Part shown: positions 57,588 through 64,000 of the stretch, one piece after another | Layout: every line of letters begins with the position of its first letter | How positions within the stretch are numbered: the stretch's first letter is position 1 | NCBI GenBank assembly: GCA_030524345.1 | Contig: JAUNGP010000002.1 | Span: forward strand, 30,514-94,513 | DNA from: Clostridia bacterium | GTDB lineage: Bacteria > Bacillota > Clostridia > TANB77 > CAG-465 | DNA length: 64,000 nt | Direction: 5' to 3' | Position numbers and translations under genes: made by a program | The notes under the pieces: model-generated | The model's input: only the letters and a program-made list of their open reading frames with translations | What the model was told of the DNA's origin: nothing | Database searches by the model: none

Positions 57588-58444
57588 ACTATATTCTCCT
57601 TCATATTATACATCTCTTTCATTTTTAAAGCATCTATACTTTGCGTTCCAGCAGATTCACATATTATTCTTGGTTCTAGTTTCAATTTATCTAATACCGC
57701 CAAAACATGTTCAAAATATGGTCCACATTCTTGTTCTTCAAATGTTACATGTTTTTTCTCGCCACCCTTTAGAGTATATTCCATTTTGCTAAAATGACTA
57801 TGAAAATGTTTCATTCTCTCATAACCTAATTGATCAATATATTTTGTTAATTCTCTTTCCCACTCTGCTATAGTATTTAACCTTCCTAAAGTTCGACAGT
57901 ACAAGTGCCCAAAATCAATTGTAGGAATTAGTCTTTCATCTACCATACACATCTTAATAATTTCATCACTATTTCCAAGTTGATTTATTTTCCCCATGGT
58001 CTCTGGACAAATAGTAACACTTCCAAGTCCTAACTCATCTGCCCTATCATATGCTTTCTTTAAAAGTCTACAACTACTTTCAACCGCATATTCTCTTTCA
58101 AGTCCAAGTAAGGCCCCTGCATGTACTACAATTCTTGTAGCTCCCATTTTATTAGCTACTTGCATTGTATCAGTTATATACTGAATTGTTTTTTCCTTTT
58201 TTTCTTCTTCTTGAGTAGAAAGACTAATATAATATGGAGCATGTACACTAAGCAATATGTCGTATTTAAAAGCTTCTTCTTTCAGTCTAGAAGCTTTCTC
58301 ATCACTTACCCTAACACCTCTTGAGCATTGATATTCATAAGCATCAAGTCCCATTTCATATAAATATTTAGGCATATCTTCTGATACTTTAAACTTCTTA
58401 TCATAGAAATCCGCAGGATTACCAGCTACTCCAAATGTTATCAT
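57584..58444 (-). CDS. Endonuclease IV-like TIM-barrel protein (AP endonuclease 2 family)
   Basis: SVHAPYYI, VVHAG, PETMGKINQLG, IDFGH, HSHFS, ICES. Confidence 0.85.
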   Translation of the reverse strand: MITFGVAGNPADFYDKKFKVSEDMPKYLYEMGLDAYEYQCSRGVRVSDEKASRLKEEAFKYDILLSVHAPYYISLSTQEEEKKEKTIQYITDTMQVANKMGATRIVVHAGALLGLEREYAVESSCRLLKKAYDRADELGLGSVTICPETMGKINQLGNSDEIIKMCMVDERLIPTIDFGHLYCRTLGRLNTIAEWERELTKYIDQLGYERMKHFHSHFSKMEYTLKGGEKKHVTFEEQECGPYFEHVLAVLDKLKLEPRIICESAGTQSIDALKMKEMYNMKENIV

Positions 58445-59196
58445 TTAACCACCTTTTTTAATTCAATAGCAAAGCCATCAGATGGAATAATAATATTCTT
58501 ACTATTGATTTTTTCAGCTGCAACTCTTGTAGTGTCTTTCATATGTGTTGCAACAATTGTCTTGCTTGGCCTATTATTTGAAAGTGTAAGTATATTATCA
58601 ATTCCCATATGAGAATCATCACCTACTTCATTTGACATATCAGCCACTAAGATATCAGATTTTTCTAACAGTTCATATACTCCATCACATATTTTAGCAT
58701 CTCCTGTAAAGCCGACACTCAATCCATCATTTACAAGTAAATACCCAAAAGAATTATATTTTTCACTATGTTCTACAGCATAGCTACTAATTTTCATCTG
58801 AGGAAATAGTTCAAATTCCTTTAATTCTTCACATTCTATATACCTCAAATGTAAATTTTCTACCATTTGATCATAGTTTCCCTTAAACGCAAGTTCTACT
58901 AAATCTTTTACTACTTTTTCTATCCCTTTCTCTCCTACTATAGTAAAAGCTGTTTCTCTCCTATTTAAATTCTTAAGTTGTGATAAAAGTAAAAATGGTA
59001 AATCAAAATAATGATCTCCGTGCAAATGTGTTATAATACAACAATCTATATCTTGTAAGTTATGTCCTAATTTTAGCAAACCCTTACATGCTCCATTTGG
59101 TATATCTACAAGTACCTTATCATTGATAAGGGTACATGCACTATTTGACTCTGAAAATATTGACCCTGTTCCTATTAATTCAATTTTCATATTCAT
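58441..59196 (-). CDS. MBL-fold hydrolase, RNase Z/tRNase-like
   Basis: IGTGS, ITHLHGDHY, FTGD, SH, ATH. Confidence 0.82.
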   Translation of the reverse strand: MNMKIELIGTGSIFSESNSACTLINDKVLVDIPNGACKGLLKLGHNLQDIDCCIITHLHGDHYFDLPFLLLSQLKNLNRRETAFTIVGEKGIEKVVKDLVELAFKGNYDQMVENLHLRYIECEELKEFELFPQMKISSYAVEHSEKYNSFGYLLVNDGLSVGFTGDAKICDGVYELLEKSDILVADMSNEVGDDSHMGIDNILTLSNNRPSKTIVATHMKDTTRVAAEKINSKNIIIPSDGFAIELKKVVK

Positions 59197-59467
59197 TCCT
59201 CTCTTTCCATATTTTTTTAATCACATCAAGTGATAACGTAGATAAGAAAAATCCAATTACTGGTACAGCAGAATTTAAAAATATATTTCCATCTTGATTG
59301 ATATATATTGTAAATAGTATAACTACTATATAAGTTAGAATACATATACTAATTTTCCTAGTTAGACTAGTTTCCCATTTCTTATCTAATTCAACTTTTT
59401 TATTCCTTTCTTTAATTTGAATAATTTCTTTTTCCAATTCTTCGTTACTCATCATTAATCTCCTCAA
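59180..59467 (-). CDS. Small membrane protein
   Basis: RNKKVELDKKWETSLTRK followed by two TM segments. Confidence 0.75.
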   Translation of the reverse strand: MRRLMMSNEELEKEIIQIKERNKKVELDKKWETSLTRKISICILTYIVVILFTIYINQDGNIFLNSAVPVIGFFLSTLSLDVIKKIWKERNEYEN

Positions 59468-59548
59468 AACACACCTATATTATACACTATTCTATTCATT
59501 TTGTAAACATCGTCATAAATAGAAGATATTCGTCTTAATTGATTTTTC

Positions 59549-60298
59549 CTATCCGTTATTTTCCATAAAACAGTATATGACATCTGTGATTTTAGTTCCA
59601 AGCATACTACAAAATGATATATATACTTCAATAATATAGTCAGCAGGTATAAACATAATAAAAATAGTTGCAATTACAATAAATGGACCAAATGGAATAT
59701 AGGAGTTTTTATCTTTTTTCTTAAATATCAGTAGTATAATCCCCACGATTGCTCCAATTAAAAATGATAATAACGTTATAACAAGAATATTCTTTACTCC
59801 AACAAATAATCCTAAAGATGCCATTAGTTTTACATCACCAAATCCCATACCTTCTTTTTTTAATATGAAATAAGAAAGATATGATATGATAAAAAAGATT
59901 CCTCCACCAACAAGTGCTCCAAGTAAATAATCAAGAATATTATTTAAATGAAATATCATATTTATAATGGATAGTAAAATAATACAAATGTGAGCTTCAT
60001 CAGGTATTATTTGAAATTTGTAATCTATGCTAAATACAATTAATAATACAAGGAGCAAAGCCATATACAGATATGTTGTAATCATGTTTCCATGAAAATA
60101 GTACAGTAAATTAAAAAGTAAAACTAATATGATTGTATACTTTATATCAAATTTAAAATCCTTTTTTATATTTTTAAAAAATTCCTTATAGTTTATTTGC
60201 TCTAAACTTAAAGGAATTAATTTTTTTTCAATATGTTTTACACCTTGTCCACATAAAATGGCAATAATTGTTAAGATAACATATACTATTAAATTCAT
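59549..60298 (-). CDS. Prepilin peptidase (A24)
   Basis: SIDYKFQIIPD, GMGFGDVKL, IPFGPFI. Confidence 0.9.
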   Translation of the reverse strand: MNLIVYVILTIIAILCGQGVKHIEKKLIPLSLEQINYKEFFKNIKKDFKFDIKYTIILVLLFNLLYYFHGNMITTYLYMALLLVLLIVFSIDYKFQIIPDEAHICIILLSIINMIFHLNNILDYLLGALVGGGIFFIISYLSYFILKKEGMGFGDVKLMASLGLFVGVKNILVITLLSFLIGAIVGIILLIFKKKDKNSYIPFGPFIVIATIFIMFIPADYIIEVYISFCSMLGTKITDVIYCFMENNG

Positions 60299-60843
60299 GA
60301 TTTTTGTTCACCTTTTTTCTTATAATAATGCTTTAATATTATTTTCTCAAATGGTCTTTTTACTCTACTGACAATAATTTCTTTTTTATTAATCGGTTTT
60401 ACCAAAACTGTTTTGATGCCAAATCTATTTCCACCACATATGTCTGTAAACAGTTGATCGCCTATCATTAGTACGCTTTCTTTATCGATTTTTGTCTCAT
60501 TTAATATATGATAATATCCCTTAAGCCTTGGTTTACTTGCTTTATAATAGTATCTCATTCCAAGTTCTTTGGAGATTTTTTTTACCATTGTCTCTGATAT
60601 CGAATTACTAATGATGTATGCTTTTATTCCTTTAGATTTTATATATTTAACCCATTTTTTTAAATCTTTACTATAATTACCTTTGTTATCTATTAAAGTA
60701 TTATCCATATCTAAAAGTATTAGTTTAATCTTAAGTTCTTCTAATAATTCATATGGAATATTCTCAACCTTATCAAAAGTATATGTAGGATAAAACTTTC
60801 TAAAAAATAGTTTTATTTTGCTTGCTTTTTGATGATCTGTCAT
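60295..60843 (-). CDS. yqeG: YqeG family HAD IIIA phosphatase
   Basis: DMDNTL, ISN, ASKP, IGDQLFTDICGGNR. Confidence 0.9.
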   Translation of the reverse strand: MTDHQKASKIKLFFRKFYPTYTFDKVENIPYELLEELKIKLILLDMDNTLIDNKGNYSKDLKKWVKYIKSKGIKAYIISNSISETMVKKISKELGMRYYYKASKPRLKGYYHILNETKIDKESVLMIGDQLFTDICGGNRFGIKTVLVKPINKKEIIVSRVKRPFEKIILKHYYKKKGEQKS

Positions 60844-61064
60844 TTAAGTTATTTCCTCCTATCTATACATATTTATATATTACTATATTTCATTATCTTT
60901 TGCAATGATTTTCCTTAATTTAGACAAATTTATATAAGTTATTCTATGCTATTTTATGTAATATGTTATGAATTTGCCATTTTCACTTTAAATTCCTATT
61001 TTTTCCTTTAAAATTATACTTTTTTATGGTATAATCAATATAGTTTTTTAAAGGTGGGAAAATT

Positions 61065-62309
61065 ATGAGTGAAACAAAAAATAATAATATGAGTGTATAT
61101 GATATATTAAAAGAAAGAGAATTAATTAAGCAAATTGCATTTGAGGATGAATTTAAAGAAATGGTATCTCATGAAAAAACTCATGTATATCTTGGAATAG
61201 ATCCAACTGCAGATAGTATCCACATTGGACATTTTATACCTCTTATGATGATGTCATATTTTCAAAAATGTGGTCATACACCTATTATATTAATTGGTGG
61301 TGGTACTGCACTAATTGGTGACCCTAGTGGAAAAACTGATATGAGGCAGATGTTATCTCGTGAAGATATTTCTAGAAATGTAGACAATATTATAAAACAA
61401 GTTAGTAGATTTGTATCATTTGAAGGTGAAAATGCAGCTATTATTGCTAATAATAGCGATTGGATTTTAGACTTAAATTATATGGATTTTATTCGTACAT
61501 ATGGAATTCATTTTAATGTCAACAGAATGCTTGCCGCTGAATGTTATAAACAACGTATGGAAAAGGGGCTTACTTTCTTTGAACTTAACTATATGCTTAT
61601 GCAAAGCTATGACTTTTTACAATTATTTGAAAAACATGGTTGTAAGGTTCAAATTGGTGGAGACGATCAATGGTCTAACATGTTAAGTGGTGTTGAACTA
61701 ATTCGTAAAATTCATAGAAACGGAAGTTTCTGTGTAACATGTCCTCTACTACTTACTGCTGAAGGTAAAAAAATGGGAAAAACTGTAAATGGTGCTCTAT
61801 GGCTAGATGCTAAGAAAACTTCACCATATGAATTCTATCAATACTGGAGAAATATTCAAGATTCCGAAGTAAGAGATGTATTAAAAATGCTAACTTTTCT
61901 TCCAATGAATGAAGTAAATAGACTTGCTTCTCTTGAGGGTGAAAAGATCAATGAAGCCAAAAAAATCGCAGCTTTTGAAATCACTAAGCTCATACATGGT
62001 GAAGAGGAGGCTTTAAAGGCGAAGAAAACATCTGAGGATTTATTTGAGAATCTAAACAATAGTGATAATATGCCTACTGAAAAAATCTCTAAAGAAGAGC
62101 TTGATTTATCTATACTTGATTTTCTAGTAAAGATCAAAATTGCACCATCTAAGGGGCAAGCGAAAACACTTGTTGAACAGGGTGGCATATCGATTGATGA
62201 TAATAAAATCACAGATATCAAATACACAATATCAAAAGAATTATTTAATAATAGCTTTATTGTCGTAAAAAAAGGAAAGAAAACTTTCATAAAAGTCGAA
62301 TTGAACTAA
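61065..62309 (+). CDS. tyrS: Tyrosine--tRNA ligase
   Basis: GIDPTADSIHIGH, IGDPSGK, QIGGDDQW, KMGKT, C-terminal S4 domain. Confidence 0.96.
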   Translation: MSETKNNNMSVYDILKERELIKQIAFEDEFKEMVSHEKTHVYLGIDPTADSIHIGHFIPLMMMSYFQKCGHTPIILIGGGTALIGDPSGKTDMRQMLSREDISRNVDNIIKQVSRFVSFEGENAAIIANNSDWILDLNYMDFIRTYGIHFNVNRMLAAECYKQRMEKGLTFFELNYMLMQSYDFLQLFEKHGCKVQIGGDDQWSNMLSGVELIRKIHRNGSFCVTCPLLLTAEGKKMGKTVNGALWLDAKKTSPYEFYQYWRNIQDSEVRDVLKMLTFLPMNEVNRLASLEGEKINEAKKIAAFEITKLIHGEEEALKAKKTSEDLFENLNNSDNMPTEKISKEELDLSILDFLVKIKIAPSKGQAKTLVEQGGISIDDNKITDIKYTISKELFNNSFIVVKKGKKTFIKVELN

Positions 62310-62322
62310 AGGGGATGATGTT

Positions 62323-62970
62323 TTGGGTTATTATACAAAAGGTGAAGAAATCGCAAACTCTGTAACACATGGAATAGGAGCTGTCTTTTCAATTGCTGCT
62401 CTTACTCTTATGGTAGTATTTGCAGCAATTTATGGAAATGCTTGGCAAGTTGTTAGTGTTTCTGTATATGGTTCTACCCTAATTATACTCTATGTAATGT
62501 CCACGCTATATCATGCTATTACAAACGAAAAGGCAAAGAGGGTACTGCAGATATTTGATCATTCATCTGTATATCTATTAATCGCAGGTACTTATACACC
62601 TTATTCGCTTGTTATACTGAGACAAGATTCTTATAAAGGTTGGGTAGTATTTGGTGTTATTTGGGCAATGGCGGTTCTTGGTATCACACTTTATGCCATA
62701 TTTCCAAGGCGATTTAAAATATTTAATATAGCCTCATATGTAGTCATGGGATGGATTATTGTTATCGCTTTTCCAGATTTACTAAGAGTAATGCAAAATT
62801 TAAATGCAATGAAAGGTATTTATTGGTTATTTGCTGGAGGTTTATGCTATACCATTGGAGTTATATTTTATGCACTAAAAAAGAAAAAATATTTTCATTC
62901 TATATGGCATGTATTCGTACTACTTGGTACAATTTGTCATTTTATATCCGTATTCTTTTATGTGATATAA
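62323..62970 (+). CDS. Hemolysin III (PAQR/TrhA) family protein
   Basis: EEIANSVTHG, STLYH, DHSSVYLLIAGTYTP, HSIWHVFV. Confidence 0.92.
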   Translation: MGYYTKGEEIANSVTHGIGAVFSIAALTLMVVFAAIYGNAWQVVSVSVYGSTLIILYVMSTLYHAITNEKAKRVLQIFDHSSVYLLIAGTYTPYSLVILRQDSYKGWVVFGVIWAMAVLGITLYAIFPRRFKIFNIASYVVMGWIIVIAFPDLLRVMQNLNAMKGIYWLFAGGLCYTIGVIFYALKKKKYFHSIWHVFVLLGTICHFISVFFYVI

Positions 62971-63235
62971 TATTATAAAAATAGTAACTTATATTATGCA
63001 AAATGTATAATATAAGTTATTTTTAAGCAAGAATGATATCACACACCAGTCTCAACTTGTTTACATAACTTCATTTTTGTGATATAATATAAGTATAGAT
63101 AATTTTTTATTATCCATTAATTAAGGGATAGACCTGTATCCATGAAATAACTGAAATGGAAGAAAAGTTATCTTTACAACTAAATGAGGTGAAGAGCCCA
63201 AAAAAATTATTATTTTATTGAAGGAGGACATTAAA

Positions 63236-63580
63236 ATGTCGAACAAGTTTACTTACAAGGAAATCGCAATGGAAGCTAGAGCTATTGAAAGTGATGTTAA
63301 AGAGTACCGGGAAAATTTTCTGAAAAATGTTGAACTCTTTGCGGATTTGGACAGTCGCGAACCTGGCTACTATGATCAGACAACCTACGATAAGGTAGAC
63401 CGTGATATCCAGCTGGCCGGTGTCGTTCTCCAGTATTTGGTTAAAGGGGAAATTCCTTACGAAGTAAAAGATATGTGGGGAATTGAAGTCTTTATGAAAC
63501 TGCTGAAAAGTAATATGAAAGATCCGTCCGAAGAACTCAAAGAACTCTTAGCATTCTGCGAGGGTATCATCACCGTTTAA
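63236..63580 (+). CDS. Hypothetical protein (orphan, GC-elevated)
   Basis: GGAGG RBS, own TTTACA-17-TATAAT promoter (63060-63088), terminator 63601-63630. Confidence 0.75.
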   Translation: MSNKFTYKEIAMEARAIESDVKEYRENFLKNVELFADLDSREPGYYDQTTYDKVDRDIQLAGVVLQYLVKGEIPYEVKDMWGIEVFMKLLKSNMKDPSEELKELLAFCEGIITV

Positions 63581-63701
63581 ACTATCGTAAAGATTTGACG
63601 AGGGTCAGCACCCAAAAAGTGCTGGCCTTTGCCATATAAAAATAATTTTTAATTTTAGTATATTTCAAATAGAATCGTAAATAATACTAATGGTGATATA
63701 A

Positions 63702-64000
63702 ATGAATGAAATAGATATTTTAAAAGAAATCAATAAAAGTTCTAAAACTGGAATTGATGGAATAAATTATACTTTTAGTAAAGTAAAAGATAGTCAACTA
63801 AAAGATTTGCTTTACAAAGAAAAAGATGAATATCAAAATATTTATGATAGATCAAAGGAAATCCTCATTCAAAAAAATGAGGATACAGATGATACAAAAA
63901 CAATGCAAAAAATTATGTCTTGGATGGGAATAGAACTTAATACTTTAACTGATAAAAGTAGTTCTCAAATAGCTGAAATGCTGATTCAAGGAAATAATAT
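63702..64000 (+). CDS. Hypothetical ferritin-like helical protein, partial
   Basis: MNEIDILKEINKSSKTGIDG...KIMSWMGIELNTLTDKSSSQIAEMLIQGNN; runs off window end. Confidence 0.7.
   Translation, partial: MNEIDILKEINKSSKTGIDGINYTFSKVKDSQLKDLLYKEKDEYQNIYDRSKEILIQKNEDTDDTKTMQKIMSWMGIELNTLTDKSSSQIAEMLIQGNN

Noticed and set aside
60850-61064. Expected Tyr T-box upstream of tyrS
   Set aside because: The -10 lies ~30 nt from the start codon; AAGGTGGG is the RBS; no stem I or antiterminator

Overview
Very AT-rich chromosomal window from a spore-forming Clostridia/Bacillota genome (pro-sigK, ytvI, yhfW-like; sigma-A promoters TTGACA-17-TATAAT). Most of it is housekeeping or envelope content: a cpsBCD/LCP polysaccharide regulation cluster, a sortase with a thioester-domain adhesin, an ABC exporter, sodC, hsp20, adhE, fucO, a 1659-aa MucBP/LPXTG adhesin, tRNA-modification genes and tyrS. 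Features the ORF track does not explain: (1) a ~585-nt OLE RNA (41598-42181) with oapA, outside its usual operon and followed by an unannotated 58-aa Cys-rich ORF; (2) a decayed ~6.7-kb integrative island (~14206-20899) with a broken tyrosine integrase, a degenerate tRNA-Met(CAT) 3' half, TCCCCA arm-like repeats at both ends, an IS1182 remnant, and an intact three-gene cassette (MBL hydrolase, putative His-Cys clan-CD peptidase, 4-TM protein) that is a candidate uncharacterised anti-phage system; (3) a 655-aa fusion of degenerate MNT/HEPN, Mrr_N-like winged helix and DUF3883 nuclease; (4) two stand-alone structured ncRNA candidates (54425-54657, pseudoknotted; 55546-55630, three-way junction). 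All family calls were made by eye from motifs; no database searches were run.
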